The position numbers and the translations under genes are program-made. DNA of 64,000 nt from a virus, in IMG/VR virus record IMGVR_UViG_3300013132_000026, positions 63,127 through 127,126 of that record; one strand, written 5' to 3'. Shown here piece after piece: positions 46,368 through 57,792 of the stretch (its first letter is position 1; the number at the start of each line of letters is the position of its first letter). The notes beneath the pieces were generated by a model. The model had not been told where the DNA came from and made no database searches. It worked only from the letters and a program-made list of their open reading frames with translations.

Positions 46368-47177
46368 ATGTCTTACGTCTCGTACAGTAACATTCGCGCC
46401 GTTTTATCGACTGGGGATAGCCAAACAACGGCGACTGGGAGTTACATCCCGCTGTATGCAACGAACGTTTCGGTATCGAATTCGACGCAACTCCAAAGAG
46501 TTCGCCGCATCGGTGCCGAGATGGACTATTATATCCAAACGGGACCAAAGAGCGCGTCAGTTAACGTTTCCGCAATTCCCGTTACAGGAGCTGGGCTTAA
46601 CCAACTCGTTAACTTCTTGGCACTTACGGGAGATTTTGTAAGCGGATCTTTTATTCAAGTTCCCGCTTACCGCTTCGAAAAGTGCTTCTTGAAGAGCTTG
46701 TCGTTTAGCCTAGAGCCTTGGCAAGTGTTGCAAGCAGAGATGCAGTTCGACTCTTACGGTTTAGCTACGGGGTCAGGGATCAATGTTGTAACGCCGCAAA
46801 CGGGCGCAGCTAACATTGTTTCGCCGCTTCGTAACATGACCGTTTCAATCTCAGGCTCGTCTTTCTCTCGGCCAATCAACGAGTACGAGAGTTTGTCCTT
46901 CGACATTGAAGTTGAGCGCGAACCGAACGTTGAGCTTGGCGACGCTTACCCGAAGAAAGTGAGTGTAGCAAGAATTTCTAAGTCTTTGCAAATCAACGGC
47001 GCATCAAACTTAGAGTGGGTATCAGACTACGAACCAAACGATCCAGTTACCGTTACAGTGACAATGGCAGACGGTAATTCGTTCTCGGTGGTCGGTGTTT
47101 TAAGCTCTCAGAGCGTGAACATCGACTCGAACGGTGTGGCAAAAGGAGGGCTACAAGTAGTCGAAGAGATGGTCTAA
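46368..47177 (+). CDS. virion structural protein, tail tube/baseplate-like fold suspected
   Basis: Beta-rich two-repeat architecture ('L.SLSFS', 'SLSFDI…R.P…LG…P'). GTGTAA motif at 46351. Confidence 0.5.
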   Translation: MSYVSYSNIRAVLSTGDSQTTATGSYIPLYATNVSVSNSTQLQRVRRIGAEMDYYIQTGPKSASVNVSAIPVTGAGLNQLVNFLALTGDFVSGSFIQVPAYRFEKCFLKSLSFSLEPWQVLQAEMQFDSYGLATGSGINVVTPQTGAANIVSPLRNMTVSISGSSFSRPINEYESLSFDIEVEREPNVELGDAYPKKVSVARISKSLQINGASNLEWVSDYEPNDPVTVTVTMADGNSFSVVGVLSSQSVNIDSNGVAKGGLQVVEEMV

Positions 47178-47183
47178 TTTTTT

Positions 47184-47927
47184 ATGGCAAAAAAGCCCAA
47201 GAAACCAAAAACGGTGTCTGCGGAGTCATTGATTCCGCAAATGAAAACGGAGATTAAATTCAAAGAACGCAAGTTCAAATTCACTGGAAAACAACAAGAG
47301 TTATTAAAAACGCTTTTAAACGACGCTTCCAAGATCGTGTTTATCGCTGGGCCTGCTGGGACGTCAAAAACTTTTATGGCCGTTTATGCGGCTCTAAACC
47401 TAATCAATCAGAATGACAAAGAAATCGTATACATTCGTACTATCGCAGAAAGTGCTGACAAGTCTATGGGATCGCTGCCGGGCACTGTGGCAGAAAAGTT
47501 TCAACCTTATCTACTCCCGCTTGAGGACAAAATTCAAGAAATCATAGAGCATTCTGACGCGCACCACTTGAAAGAGCAAGGGCGCATCTCTGCTACTCCG
47601 GTTAACTTCCTGAGAGGCAGCACACTAACCGACAAAATTATCATCGCTGATGAAGTCCAAAACTTCACTTTCAAAGAGATCACAACGCTCCTCACCCGCA
47701 TCGGTGAAGGATCGAAGATCTTTTTGTGCGGCGATTTTATGCAACCCGATATTAAAGCCGCTAACGGGTTTCAAGACTTTTACCATCTATTTTCAGGTGA
47801 AGATTCGCAAAAACACGGTATTCACACTTTCGAATTCACGGAAGACGATATCAAGCGAAGCGAAATCTTGAAGTTCATTGTTAAGAAAATTAACAAAGGG
47901 CTGCTGGAAAAGGGCCAACGAAAGTAA
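47184..47927 (+). CDS. phoH: PhoH-family ATPase
   Basis: GPAGTSKT, 'G.LPG…EK', 'FLRG.T', 'DEVQN', 'TRIGE.SK…GD..Q.D', 'RS'. Confidence 0.93.
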   Translation: MAKKPKKPKTVSAESLIPQMKTEIKFKERKFKFTGKQQELLKTLLNDASKIVFIAGPAGTSKTFMAVYAALNLINQNDKEIVYIRTIAESADKSMGSLPGTVAEKFQPYLLPLEDKIQEIIEHSDAHHLKEQGRISATPVNFLRGSTLTDKIIIADEVQNFTFKEITTLLTRIGEGSKIFLCGDFMQPDIKAANGFQDFYHLFSGEDSQKHGIHTFEFTEDDIKRSEILKFIVKKINKGLLEKGQRK

Positions 47928-48016
47928 CGCTGGTTGAAATATTCGCGGCTATCTCTAGAATAGAAGTAAGTTAGTAAACACAGCGACAAGATAACAATTT
48001 AGAGAAAGAGACGAAA

Positions 48017-48421
48017 ATGGCCACGATGTTCTGTACAAATTGCGGGGGCAAACACGAATACCAAGGTTTCGCCCCAAATTTTTGTTCAAAGTGCGGCACT
48101 CCAATGAATGCTAAAACGAGTGTGCAGAACGCCCAACCTACGCAGCATAGTTTTGCGCAAAAAGCAATTACGAAAAGAAGTCGCGCCGACGAGATTGACG
48201 ATCCGAGCGACGACACAACTGATGTTGAAGAGCTTCCTCAAATCGACGAACTAGATGTCGATATTGAAATCGAGGGCGGTTTTAGAGCATTCGACTTGGC
48301 ATCTTTGAGGCAAGCGGGACAAAACGCTCAACCGAAGAGATTCAAGTCGAGGCGCGTAAGTGGGTTAGATGGCTTGTCGCCCACTAAATATGGAAGCCGC
48401 AAAAACTCGCAGGAAGATTAG
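48017..48421 (+). CDS. zinc-ribbon protein
   Basis: CTNCG…FCSKCG. Confidence 0.75.
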   Translation: MATMFCTNCGGKHEYQGFAPNFCSKCGTPMNAKTSVQNAQPTQHSFAQKAITKRSRADEIDDPSDDTTDVEELPQIDELDVDIEIEGGFRAFDLASLRQAGQNAQPKRFKSRRVSGLDGLSPTKYGSRKNSQED

Positions 48422-49103
48422 ATACGAGGACAAGCAGGACGTAATAGATAAGGTCATCGAGAAGCATAGATACATCTGGCAACTCAAAGCAGTTGCTTGG
48501 ATGGATTACGATGACGTTGCTCAAATAATTCGCTTCCATATCTTTAAAAAGTGGAAGATGTGGAAACAAGATCGTCCGCTTGAGCCTTGGATTGCGCGAA
48601 TCACTTCGAACCAAATCAAAAACCTGTTACGAAACAACTACTCGAACTATGTTCGTCCTTGTTTAAGCTGCGAACATAATCGCGGAAACGATCCGCCCGC
48701 TTGTTCGTTAACTCCGAGCGGAAAACAATGCGGCGAATGCCCGCTTTACAGAAAGTGGGAAAAAACTAAAAAGCAAGCTTACGACGTTAAGCTCGCCGTT
48801 TCTATCGAAAACCACTCTTCTTCGATTCAGTCACTGCAAGATGTTAATTTCGACATTAACGTTAGCGCAAAACGACTTCACGAAGAGATGAAACATCGTT
48901 TAGCCCCGAAACAATATAAAGTTTACTCGCGTCTTTATATCGACGGAGCAGACGAAGAAAAGGTTGCCGCAGAGATGGGATATAAAACGAACGAGAAAGG
49001 CAAAAAGGCAGGATACAAGCAGATCAAGAATTTTAAAAAGATTTTTCGCCAAGTAGCGGCTAAAATTCTACAAAATGAGGATATCTTAAGTGGGCAATTC
49101 TAA
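48390..49103 (+). CDS. phage sigma-factor-like protein (regions 2 and 4) with Cys-rich insert
   Basis: 'DYDDVAQ…KKW…PLEPWI.RI..NQI.N..R', CLSC…C…C..C insert, HTH 'EEKVAAEMGY'. Confidence 0.7.
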   Translation: MEAAKTRRKIRYEDKQDVIDKVIEKHRYIWQLKAVAWMDYDDVAQIIRFHIFKKWKMWKQDRPLEPWIARITSNQIKNLLRNNYSNYVRPCLSCEHNRGNDPPACSLTPSGKQCGECPLYRKWEKTKKQAYDVKLAVSIENHSSSIQSLQDVNFDINVSAKRLHEEMKHRLAPKQYKVYSRLYIDGADEEKVAAEMGYKTNEKGKKAGYKQIKNFKKIFRQVAAKILQNEDILSGQF

Positions 49104-50157
49104 GCATTTCCATTTTTCAGACGAAGATAAAGATAGGATTCGCCAAATTGCGGCAGAATTCCCAGATCTTAACGTTATTACGCGACGTTTCTTTAAGAAC
49201 GAAAAGCTCGACGGTCGCTCGAAAGAAGGCATGGCTATTCGAGCGTTTCTCGTTTCAAATAAAATTGTTTATAAAACGTCTCAGTACCAAAAGATCGGAG
49301 ATTTGCCGCTTTCCAAAGAACAAAAAACGTTTATTGAAGCTCAAGCTAAAGAAGGCAATTCGGCGTTTAAAATTGCTGAACTAGTGTTTCCCGATAGCGC
49401 CGTTTTCCCGATGGGAAGCGAGCACCGCACTGTCGCAAACTATATTCGCGATTCGGGATGCGAGAATAACGCCGATAGTGACAACGCAAGTTTTGTCCGC
49501 TATCAAGTTCCGCGCTCGATTGAGCGAGTAGTTAACAAAATCAACGGTGCTACGGGCGAGAAATTAGATAAAGACCGCCTTAGCCGTCATCACAAGATGT
49601 GTTGTGAAAAACTATCGATCAACTTGGGCAACTCGCGCTTCCAGAAAATCATCAACTGCTATACGTCGCTCGACGATAGAAACATCTTTGAAGAAGAGTT
49701 TATCCGCATGACTTGGGACAAGCCTGATCTCACGGCAGACGAGGTTAACTTGTACATGAATGTTTGCAAGGAAATCATTAATCTCGAAACAACGTCGCGC
49801 CACTTAGACAAGCTAAACAAGATGTTCGAAGAGACGCAAGAGCAGAACGAAATGAGCATTCGTTTGGCGGAAATTATCAAGGCAAAGAGCGGCGAGTACC
49901 ACCAGTGCGAAGGGCGCGTCGAGAGTCTTATTAAAAAGCTGCAAGGCGACCGTGCGGGGCGCATCTCTGCGCGGCACAAAGAAAATGCTTCGATCTTAGC
50001 TATTGTTCAACTGTTTCAAGACGAAGAAGAGCGTGCGAACATGGTCAAGATTGCCGAAATGCAAAAAGCGTTAGTTGCGGACGAGGCGAACAAGATGGAA
50101 TCGATGGTCGAATGGAAAGCTCGTATTTTAGGCATATCATTAGACGACGCAATCTAA
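49090..50157 (+). CDS. helical protein upstream of terminase (small subunit candidate)
   Basis: HTH-like N-terminus, coiled-coil C-terminus, and position. Confidence 0.4.
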   Translation: MGNSKHFHFSDEDKDRIRQIAAEFPDLNVITRRFFKNEKLDGRSKEGMAIRAFLVSNKIVYKTSQYQKIGDLPLSKEQKTFIEAQAKEGNSAFKIAELVFPDSAVFPMGSEHRTVANYIRDSGCENNADSDNASFVRYQVPRSIERVVNKINGATGEKLDKDRLSRHHKMCCEKLSINLGNSRFQKIINCYTSLDDRNIFEEEFIRMTWDKPDLTADEVNLYMNVCKEIINLETTSRHLDKLNKMFEETQEQNEMSIRLAEIIKAKSGEYHQCEGRVESLIKKLQGDRAGRISARHKENASILAIVQLFQDEEERANMVKIAEMQKALVADEANKMESMVEWKARILGISLDDAI

Positions 50158-50158
50158 T

Positions 50159-50740
50159 ATGAAGAAGATACGGCAGCGGCTAGTTCAAACAGGAAGTCCA
50201 AAGGGAACTTTTCGTCTCGGAGATTCGCACCCAACTAACAGCGAACTTTTCTTTTGTCGCTGGTCTATATCAAAAAAATACAAAGAAGAGTGGTTCTCGA
50301 AAGAAAGTTTAGAAAAGCACCGCGATAGAATTCGCAAGCGTAACGCTACTGAAAAAAGTAAGCTTATGAAAATAAATTACTGGCGTTCCGAAAGAGCAAG
50401 GTCAGTAAAAAGGGCTTGGATTAAAACAGAAAATGGGAAAGCTAGTAAAAGAAAGTGGTATGAAACTGAAAAGGGAAGAGCGTGGAGATCGTGCCAAAGA
50501 GCTTCGAGACGAATCACTTCTAAATCGAAATTATCTAAGTGTTTTAAAGAGCAGATGAGAGAGATTTACAAATTTAGAAATGAATTAGATTTAATCTCCG
50601 CTTCTGCTGGTTCCACGGCTCGTTACCATGTTGATCACATCTACCCCATAAAGGGAGAAAATTTTAGCGGCCTTCATGTTCCTTGGAATTTGCAAATACT
50701 CACTGCGGAAGAAAACTTTAAAAAAAGTAATGTCATTTAA
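50159..50740 (+). CDS. HNH endonuclease
   Basis: 'HVDHIYP….[11 protein letters not shown]…EN..KSN'. Confidence 0.9.
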   Translation: MKKIRQRLVQTGSPKGTFRLGDSHPTNSELFFCRWSISKKYKEEWFSKESLEKHRDRIRKRNATEKSKLMKINYWRSERARSVKRAWIKTENGKASKRKWYETEKGRAWRSCQRASRRITSKSKLSKCFKEQMREIYKFRNELDLISASAGSTARYHVDHIYPIKGENFSGLHVPWNLQILTAEENFKKSNVI

Positions 50741-51695
50741 GTGTTTAGAATGCAACAACGAATTCAATTCGGAACGGTCGCTTCACGCTCACTTGAAGAA
50801 GCATCAGTTTACGCTAGCCGATTACTATCAAAAGTATTATCCGCGCAAAAACTTATTAACTGGGACGCTTTTGCAGTTCAAGACTTTAGACACTTACTTT
50901 TCGGAAGATTTTGAAAATCGCGAGCAGTTGTTGCGTTGGTGCGCGTTCGAGGAACCTGAAACGGTCAAAGAATACATTAAAAAACTACTTGAACGTCGAG
51001 TCAAGGAAAAAGAACTCAAGCACGCGCCGTGTCATTTAGAGATCGAGACGAGCACTTTGCCATCTATAGAAATATACAAAAAGCTATACGGCTCTTATTC
51101 TGCTGTTTGCAAAGAAATCGGGGTCGAGTTAATTTTAAATAAATCTTTGCCGAAAGAGTTTCACGATGACTACTCGGAAATAACAATTTTTGTAGATACT
51201 CGCGAGCAGCAACCGCTTAGTTTCGTGAATGAACGCGAAGTTAAGCTCGATTTCGGCGATTATACTGCGGGCGGATCTTTCTACGCCAAAACGTTCGTTG
51301 ATCGTAAGTCCGAATCTGATTTTAAAAGTACTCTCGTTGGCGAAAACTTAGAGCGTTTCAGGCGCGAGATTGAGCGATGCAGAGAAATGGATTGTTACTT
51401 GTTTGTCGTTGTCGAATCGAGTCTCGATAAGATCGAAACGAACAACGCATTCTCGCCGCGCAAAGCAAATTTAAAATTCATTTATCACAATATGAGGCTT
51501 TTGCTTCAAGAGTTCGGCGGCTATTGTCAATTTATTTTTACGAGAAATAGAAAAAACAGCACAACGATTATTCCTAAGCTTTTGGCGATGGGTCCGAAAC
51601 TTTGGAACGTAGATGTGCAATATTTTATCGACAAGGATCTTTCATGGCTTGGATCACAGGGAAACAAAAAAGAAAAAGCGTTTATCGCAAAGTAA
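50730..51695 (+). CDS. C2H2 zinc finger + ERCC4-type nuclease
   Basis: C..C…H…H, 'VDTREQ.P', 'GDY', 'DRKS..DF', 'RF.RE..R'. Confidence 0.82.
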   Translation: MSFKCLECNNEFNSERSLHAHLKKHQFTLADYYQKYYPRKNLLTGTLLQFKTLDTYFSEDFENREQLLRWCAFEEPETVKEYIKKLLERRVKEKELKHAPCHLEIETSTLPSIEIYKKLYGSYSAVCKEIGVELILNKSLPKEFHDDYSEITIFVDTREQQPLSFVNEREVKLDFGDYTAGGSFYAKTFVDRKSESDFKSTLVGENLERFRREIERCREMDCYLFVVVESSLDKIETNNAFSPRKANLKFIYHNMRLLLQEFGGYCQFIFTRNRKNSTTIIPKLLAMGPKLWNVDVQYFIDKDLSWLGSQGNKKEKAFIAK

Positions 51696-53509
51696 ACGAA
51701 GAAATTCTCGAAAAGAAGGGGTTCTTAGAAGAGAAGGACGCAAAAATTCTTCTCTACAAGTTCTTGCGAGCCAATATTTCGTTTTCGTCCGAGATCGTTT
51801 GCGGAGTTAAGCTGTTTCCGTTTCAGCACATGGCAATCAAAACGATGTTCGAGACCGACTACTCGATGATGGTTTGGAGTCGCGGGCTTTCGAAGAGCTT
51901 CACTTGCGCCGTTTTCGCATCGCTCGACGCAATTTTAAATCAGGGCGTTCATATCGGAATCGTCAGCAAAACGTTTCGTCAGGCGAAAATGATTTTCCGC
52001 AAAATCGAAGAAATTGCCGAGAAGCCGAATGCCGTTTTCCTAAAACAGTGCATTACGAAAGTATCAAAAAGCTCTGACGAGTGGACAATGGAAATTGGTC
52101 GCAGCAAAATCACTTGTTTGCCGCTCGGCGATGGTGAAAAGCTGCGCGGTTTTCGTTTTCACCGCATGATGATCGACGAGTTCTTGCTGATGCCCGACCG
52201 TATTTTCAACGAAGTTATTATTCCGTTCCTTTCGGTCGTTCAGAACCCAACAGAACGCAAGCAAGTTTACGATCTCGAAACGGAATTGATTAAGCGCGGC
52301 GAAATGAAAGAGGAAAATCGCTTCATTTGGCCAAACAACAAAATTATTGTTTTGTCCTCGGCATCTTACCAGTTCGAGTATATGTACAAATTGTACAAGC
52401 AGTATGAAGCGCTTATCATGAACCCTGAAAAAGAGGGTAAAGCAACTGCTAGCCGCGCAATCTTGCATTTTTCTTACGACATTGCTCCTGAAGGGCTTTA
52501 CGACGAGAGTTTGCTCGCGCAAGCGAAAGCGACAATGTCCGAATCTCAGTTTATGCGCGAATTCGGCTCGCGATTTGTAGACGACTCTTCTGGTTATTTT
52601 AAATTAAGTAAAATGCACGAATGCACGATTAAAGTTGGAGAAGGTCAATGCATAGAAGTCGCAGGAGAAAAAGATTCGGAATATATTTTAAGCTTCGATC
52701 CTTCTTGGTCCGAGAACGAAGCGAGCGACGATTTCGCGATGAACATTATCAAGCTCGATAAACAAACGCGAAAAGGAATTCTCGTTCATAACTACGCTCT
52801 ATCTGGAACGAATCTCAAAAAGCATATCGAGTATTTGCACTACTTGCTCGCGAGCTTTAACATAGTTGCGATGTGCGGCGACTATAACGGCGGCGTTCAG
52901 TTCATTAACGCTGCAAACGAGAGCGAGCTATTTAAAAATAACAAGATCGAGGTCAAGATGTTCGAAGGTGACTTCGACACGCCCGAAACTTACCAAACGG
53001 AGCTGCGCAAAGCTCGCGGAACGTACAACTTAGGTGAGCGCCGCATTTGTTACTTGCGCATTCCAACGAGCACTTGGATTCGGTACGGTAACGAGTTGCT
53101 GCAATCGAACTTCGATCACCGTAAGATCTTGTTTGCTGCCGAAGCGGTCGATAACGATTTCACTCGTCAGAAGTCAAAAACGATTCCAATCAAAAATTTG
53201 AAGTTTTATAGAGATCAAGAAGATCAAGCAGTTGACGCCAAAATGGTCGATTTCGTTGACCACCAAGCCGATATGATTGAACTCGTTAAGGCTCAATGCT
53301 CGCTTATCATTCCTACAACAACGCCTAATGGCCATCAAAGCTTCGACTTGCCGCCTGAATTGAAGCGTCAAAGCGGCGCGGAAAAGACGCGCAAGGACTC
53401 TTATGCCTGCCTAGTTCTCGGGAATTGGATGATGAAGGTATATTTTGACATGATGGATGTGGAAATTGCTAAAAGCCAAAGTACATTCACTCCGTTCTTC
53501 GCTCGATAA
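51644..53509 (+). CDS. terL: terminase large subunit
   Basis: 'LFPFQ', Walker A 'SRGLSKS', 'LRGFR', Walker B 'IDEF', 'F.RE', RNase H 'SFDP', C-terminal 'KD.Y'. Confidence 0.9.
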   Translation: MAWITGKQKRKSVYRKVNEEILEKKGFLEEKDAKILLYKFLRANISFSSEIVCGVKLFPFQHMAIKTMFETDYSMMVWSRGLSKSFTCAVFASLDAILNQGVHIGIVSKTFRQAKMIFRKIEEIAEKPNAVFLKQCITKVSKSSDEWTMEIGRSKITCLPLGDGEKLRGFRFHRMMIDEFLLMPDRIFNEVIIPFLSVVQNPTERKQVYDLETELIKRGEMKEENRFIWPNNKIIVLSSASYQFEYMYKLYKQYEALIMNPEKEGKATASRAILHFSYDIAPEGLYDESLLAQAKATMSESQFMREFGSRFVDDSSGYFKLSKMHECTIKVGEGQCIEVAGEKDSEYILSFDPSWSENEASDDFAMNIIKLDKQTRKGILVHNYALSGTNLKKHIEYLHYLLASFNIVAMCGDYNGGVQFINAANESELFKNNKIEVKMFEGDFDTPETYQTELRKARGTYNLGERRICYLRIPTSTWIRYGNELLQSNFDHRKILFAAEAVDNDFTRQKSKTIPIKNLKFYRDQEDQAVDAKMVDFVDHQADMIELVKAQCSLIIPTTTPNGHQSFDLPPELKRQSGAEKTRKDSYACLVLGNWMMKVYFDMMDVEIAKSQSTFTPFFAR

Positions 53510-53575
53510 AAATCTCTAAAGTTACTTTAATGTACTTTTGAACTTTTGGTGTAACTTTTAATATAGGATATTAAC

Positions 53576-55516
53576 ATGGCACGCCAATATAATAAAAAGT
53601 CGGACTACTGGACGCGATTCAAGTCGCCTCAAATGCCAATGGCGCAAGTTCCGGCAATCGAGCCGAAGCTTATTGGCGAGCCATTCTACAAAGAAACGGC
53701 AATCGCTTCGCGCACCGTAAATGGCGGCGAGCGTACAACGAAAGCTCGCATTCCGCGCAACGGCACGCAAGAGGTAGTTGGCCGCTACTCTCTGATTTCG
53801 CAAGGTCTTCTTCCGTTCGAATATACGAAAGATGGCGTTGACGTTCGTGACGCGATTATCCTCTGTCAAAAAGCTTACGCTAACGTAGCTATCGTTCGTA
53901 ACACTATCGACATCGCTACCGAGTTTGCGAATACGGACATTTACCTCGAAGGCGGCACCGAGCGTAGCCGCGAGTTTTTTACAAAGTGGTTTAACAAGAT
54001 TAAGCTCTGGAAGCTGAAGGACCAGTACTTCCGCGAATACTACCGCAGCGGAAATATCTTTCTTTACCGTATCGATGGCAAGTTCAATGCGGAAGATTTC
54101 CGCCTCTTGTCTGGCTTGAGCGAAAACGGCATCAAGAACAATAGCGTTCCGATTCGTTACGTTCTGATCAATCCTTACGAAGTCGTTGCGAAGATCTCAA
54201 GTTCATTTGCAGAGGCTGTTTACGAGAAAGTTCTTTCCGAATACGAACTCGAAAGACTAAAGAACCCGAAGAACGACGAAGACCGCGAGCTTCTCGCCGG
54301 ATTCCCGCCCGATGTTCAAGAGCAGATCAAGAAGAAGCAGTACTTCCGCGACGGCTTGAAGATGAAGCTCGATCCGAAGTTCTTGATGTACTCATTCTAC
54401 AAGAAGCAAGACTACGAGCCATTCTCGATTCCTTTCGCTTATCCGGTTCTCGATGACATCAACGCGAAGATGGAGCTGAAGAAAATCGACCAAGCGATTG
54501 CTCGCACGGTCGAGAATGTAATCTTGCTGATCACGATGGGCGCAGAGCCTGACAAGGGCGGCATCAACCCAGCGAACATGACGGCGATGCAAAACCTTTT
54601 CATGAATGAAAGCGTTGGTCGTGTTCTCGTTTCCGACTATACAACCCGCGCCGATTTCGTTATTCCTGACCTGAAGAAAGTCGTTGGCGAAGAGAAGTAT
54701 CGCATTCTCAACCAAGATATTAAAGAAGGCTTGATGAACGTGATGCTCGGTGACGACAAGTACGCTGGGCAGTCGGCTAAAATCGGCTTCTTCATGGAAC
54801 GTTTGAAAGAAGCTCGCAATGCTTTCTTGAACGATGTGCTGCAACCAGAGATCGTTCGTATTTCGAAAGACCTCGGCTTCCGTTCGTATCCAACCGCAAA
54901 GTTTACCGAGATCGATTCGAAGGACGAGACGCAATATATGCGCGTCGTTAGCCGCTTGATGGAAACGGGCATCATTGCTCCAGAACAAGGCATCGAAGCG
55001 ATCAAGACTGGTAAGCTGCCAGAGGCAATCGACCTCGAAGCGGGCCAAGCGAAACTCTACGAAGACCGTAAGAAGGGTTATTACAATCCTATTGTTGGCG
55101 GCATTCCTGTTATTCCAGACGATGCTTCCGCCGCCCCCGCGCCTACCCCCACGCGCACGTCCGCGCCTACGAACTCGGGACCGGGCAGACCGCCAGTATC
55201 CTCTGCCTCGCGTAAGAATATCACTTCAACGATTTACGAGATCGATGCGCTCATGTCCGCTTCCGAGAGCTTTGCCGCTCAGAAGTTTGGCGTAGAAAAG
55301 CTAAACGATCAGCAGCGCGAGTCGGTAAACGAACTTTGCAAAAAGATCGTTGCCGCAAGTTCTCGCGAAGACTGGACCGTGAACGTGCAGAAGTGCATCG
55401 CGAATCTTGATGAGATTGAACAACTACAACCTTTGCAGGAAGTAGTGGACACTGCCGACGAATTTCTGCTAGACGAATATTCTGCGGCTATTTTGTTCCA
55501 TTCTACTGTAAAGTAA
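53576..55516 (+). CDS. portal protein
   Basis: Follows the terminase. 'REYYRSGN.F', helical composition, Pro-rich 'GRP' tail. Confidence 0.8.
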   Translation: MARQYNKKSDYWTRFKSPQMPMAQVPAIEPKLIGEPFYKETAIASRTVNGGERTTKARIPRNGTQEVVGRYSLISQGLLPFEYTKDGVDVRDAIILCQKAYANVAIVRNTIDIATEFANTDIYLEGGTERSREFFTKWFNKIKLWKLKDQYFREYYRSGNIFLYRIDGKFNAEDFRLLSGLSENGIKNNSVPIRYVLINPYEVVAKISSSFAEAVYEKVLSEYELERLKNPKNDEDRELLAGFPPDVQEQIKKKQYFRDGLKMKLDPKFLMYSFYKKQDYEPFSIPFAYPVLDDINAKMELKKIDQAIARTVENVILLITMGAEPDKGGINPANMTAMQNLFMNESVGRVLVSDYTTRADFVIPDLKKVVGEEKYRILNQDIKEGLMNVMLGDDKYAGQSAKIGFFMERLKEARNAFLNDVLQPEIVRISKDLGFRSYPTAKFTEIDSKDETQYMRVVSRLMETGIIAPEQGIEAIKTGKLPEAIDLEAGQAKLYEDRKKGYYNPIVGGIPVIPDDASAAPAPTPTRTSAPTNSGPGRPPVSSASRKNITSTIYEIDALMSASESFAAQKFGVEKLNDQQRESVNELCKKIVAASSREDWTVNVQKCIANLDEIEQLQPLQEVVDTADEFLLDEYSAAILFHSTVK

Positions 55517-55519
55517 TTT

Positions 55520-57112
55520 ATGGATTTTCTGTATAAAACAAGACTGGATGACATTTCCATCTCTTGTTACCGTTATGGAGACGCGAGATTTCAAGTTTCG
55601 AAGGCTTCGCTAGACGAATTAAAGAAACTCTCTCCGAAAATCGATTTCGAGGAGAATCCCGACTTGCTCGGTGTTTCTTTTAATTTGGCTGTGCCGAACA
55701 TGATCAATAATAACGGTGACGGCATTTCCGGCGCAACGGCTCGCAATATTGCGAAACGCTTTTTGAACAAATACTTGAATATCGAGCATAACAAAGATCG
55801 CGTCGTTGGTCACATCACGAATTACGCATTCAATAAACTCGGAACGAACGAGTTCATGACCGAAGAAGAAGCAGGCCAAACGCTCGATCCATTTTATCTT
55901 TCGGTTGCTGGCGTTATCTACAAGACAGTAGACAAGAAGTTTGCCGAACTGATGACGCGCAATTCGGACCCGAAGGACACTTTTCACAATGCGATTTCGG
56001 CAAGTTGGGAACTCGGCTTTAGCAATTACTTCATCGCTGTTGGTAACAAATCGCTCAAAGAAGCAGATATTGTTACCGATCCAGAGATGGTAAAAGAGAT
56101 GAGCAAATTGCTCAAGTCAAAGGGCGGAAACGGTAAGCTCAAAGACGGCACGCCAATTTATCGCGTTATCGTTGGCGACATTTATCCGCTCGGTGGCGGT
56201 TTCACAACTAACCCAGCCGCAGAAGTTAATGGAGTTATTGCATTCGACCAGAACACTTCGATCACACTCGAAGATGATAAAACAGAAGAGCCGATGGAAG
56301 AAAAATCGAGCGCAAAAGTGAGCCTCGACTATACACAAGAAGTCGCGGCTTTTCTTGGCAATAAAAAAACAAATTCCATTTTAGAGATAAAAAATGTAAA
56401 AAATATAAACCATATGGACTTAGAAAAACTAATCGCAGAACTCAAGTCTGCTCTTCTTGAGAAGAAGTTTGGTGAAGAAGCGGTTGCCTCAATGACCGCT
56501 CACTTCGCTGAAGCCATCAAGCAAAAAGATGCAGAATATCGCGAATCCGTTGCAGTTGAAAAGCTCGCCAAAGAACAAGCTCAGAAACTGTACAACGAGA
56601 CCGTCGCCTCGGTAGAAGCAATGAAAGCCGACCTCGCTGCGGCTCAAACCGAACTGAACAAGATCAAGGAAGTTCAAGCTCAAGAAGAAGCGACCGCTCG
56701 CCTCAACGCTCGCGTTGGCGAACTCGACTCGGCTTACGAGCTTTCCGACGAAGATCGCAAAGTTATTATCTCCGAAGTTCAATCGCTCGAAGCCTCTGAA
56801 GAGGCATTCGCTTCGTACAAAGAGAAGTTCGCTACCGTTTGGAAGCACAAGAACAAAGAAGCGATCAAGGTCCAGCAGGACGAAATCGAAAAGCGCATCA
56901 CTGAACAAGTTGAGGCCCGCCTCAAGGAAGTTAGCAAGGCGTCGGTAGAAGCTCCGGTCGAAGAAAAGAAGGCCGATGTTGAAGCCGCGCTCGATAACGC
57001 GACTGCCACGAACAAAGCTCCCGACAGCAAAGTCGCCGTTGAGCAATCTTTCCGCGAAAAGTTCGCTAAGGCGTTCTCCCGCGAAAATATTAGCGTAAGC
57101 TATTCTAAATAA
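55520..57112 (+). CDS. prohead protease fused to a coiled-coil scaffold
   Basis: 'N.NGD', 'NIEH….VVGH', 'SASWE', 'G.T.NPA', then a Glu/Ala/Lys coiled coil. Confidence 0.78.
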   Translation: MDFLYKTRLDDISISCYRYGDARFQVSKASLDELKKLSPKIDFEENPDLLGVSFNLAVPNMINNNGDGISGATARNIAKRFLNKYLNIEHNKDRVVGHITNYAFNKLGTNEFMTEEEAGQTLDPFYLSVAGVIYKTVDKKFAELMTRNSDPKDTFHNAISASWELGFSNYFIAVGNKSLKEADIVTDPEMVKEMSKLLKSKGGNGKLKDGTPIYRVIVGDIYPLGGGFTTNPAAEVNGVIAFDQNTSITLEDDKTEEPMEEKSSAKVSLDYTQEVAAFLGNKKTNSILEIKNVKNINHMDLEKLIAELKSALLEKKFGEEAVASMTAHFAEAIKQKDAEYRESVAVEKLAKEQAQKLYNETVASVEAMKADLAAAQTELNKIKEVQAQEEATARLNARVGELDSAYELSDEDRKVIISEVQSLEASEEAFASYKEKFATVWKHKNKEAIKVQQDEIEKRITEQVEARLKEVSKASVEAPVEEKKADVEAALDNATATNKAPDSKVAVEQSFREKFAKAFSRENISVSYSK

Positions 57113-57148
57113 CCAAAAAAAACTGTAAATAACTAAAAGGACAACTAT

Positions 57149-57769
57149 ATGGCTATTCGTCTCCTACCATTTCGTCAATATGACGATCATGATGTAGTTA
57201 ATATGTATGCTCTCGTTGACGCTGCCGTCAATGAGAACGTAACCGGAGTTGGCACTGGTGATGCTGGCGTCTTCGTTAAGGTTTCCGCTGGAAACTTCGA
57301 CCTCGACCCAGTTTCATATGCTACCGACTCTTATCTCGGCAAGACCGACTATCCCTTCGTCGGTGCGAACTCTTATCCCAAGGTCAACCTCAAGGTAACG
57401 CCCGCCGCTTCCGGCGACCTTACCAACTGCCTTGGTATCACCTTGCGTCAGACTGCGAAGTTCGACGAGAACGGCGAAAAGCTTCTTTACTACCGCCAAA
57501 AGGCTGAAGAGCTGATGTGCGTACTGCCCGGTCAAGCCGTTCCAGTCGCCACACGCGGTATCTTCACGCTCTCCAAGGATGCTATCGATGGCACGCTGAC
57601 AGTCGGTTCCGGCTTTAAGCTTTCCGCCAACGGTGGTAAAGTTACTGGCTGTGCTCACGACGACGCTGGCAAGCTCGGTCTTGTTCTCGGCACGGGTTCA
57701 CGCTCCAACCTCACAAGCGCTCCCGACCAATTCTCGGGCGTCTTCGCGGTTGTCGGTCTCCGTATGTAA
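57149..57769 (+). CDS. capsid decoration/cement protein
   Basis: Lies between scaffold and major capsid. 'GQAVPVATRG' beta-tulip-like. Confidence 0.65.
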   Translation: MAIRLLPFRQYDDHDVVNMYALVDAAVNENVTGVGTGDAGVFVKVSAGNFDLDPVSYATDSYLGKTDYPFVGANSYPKVNLKVTPAASGDLTNCLGITLRQTAKFDENGEKLLYYRQKAEELMCVLPGQAVPVATRGIFTLSKDAIDGTLTVGSGFKLSANGGKVTGCAHDDAGKLGLVLGTGSRSNLTSAPDQFSGVFAVVGLRM

Positions 57770-57792
57770 TTCAACTAAAAGGATCTTACTAA

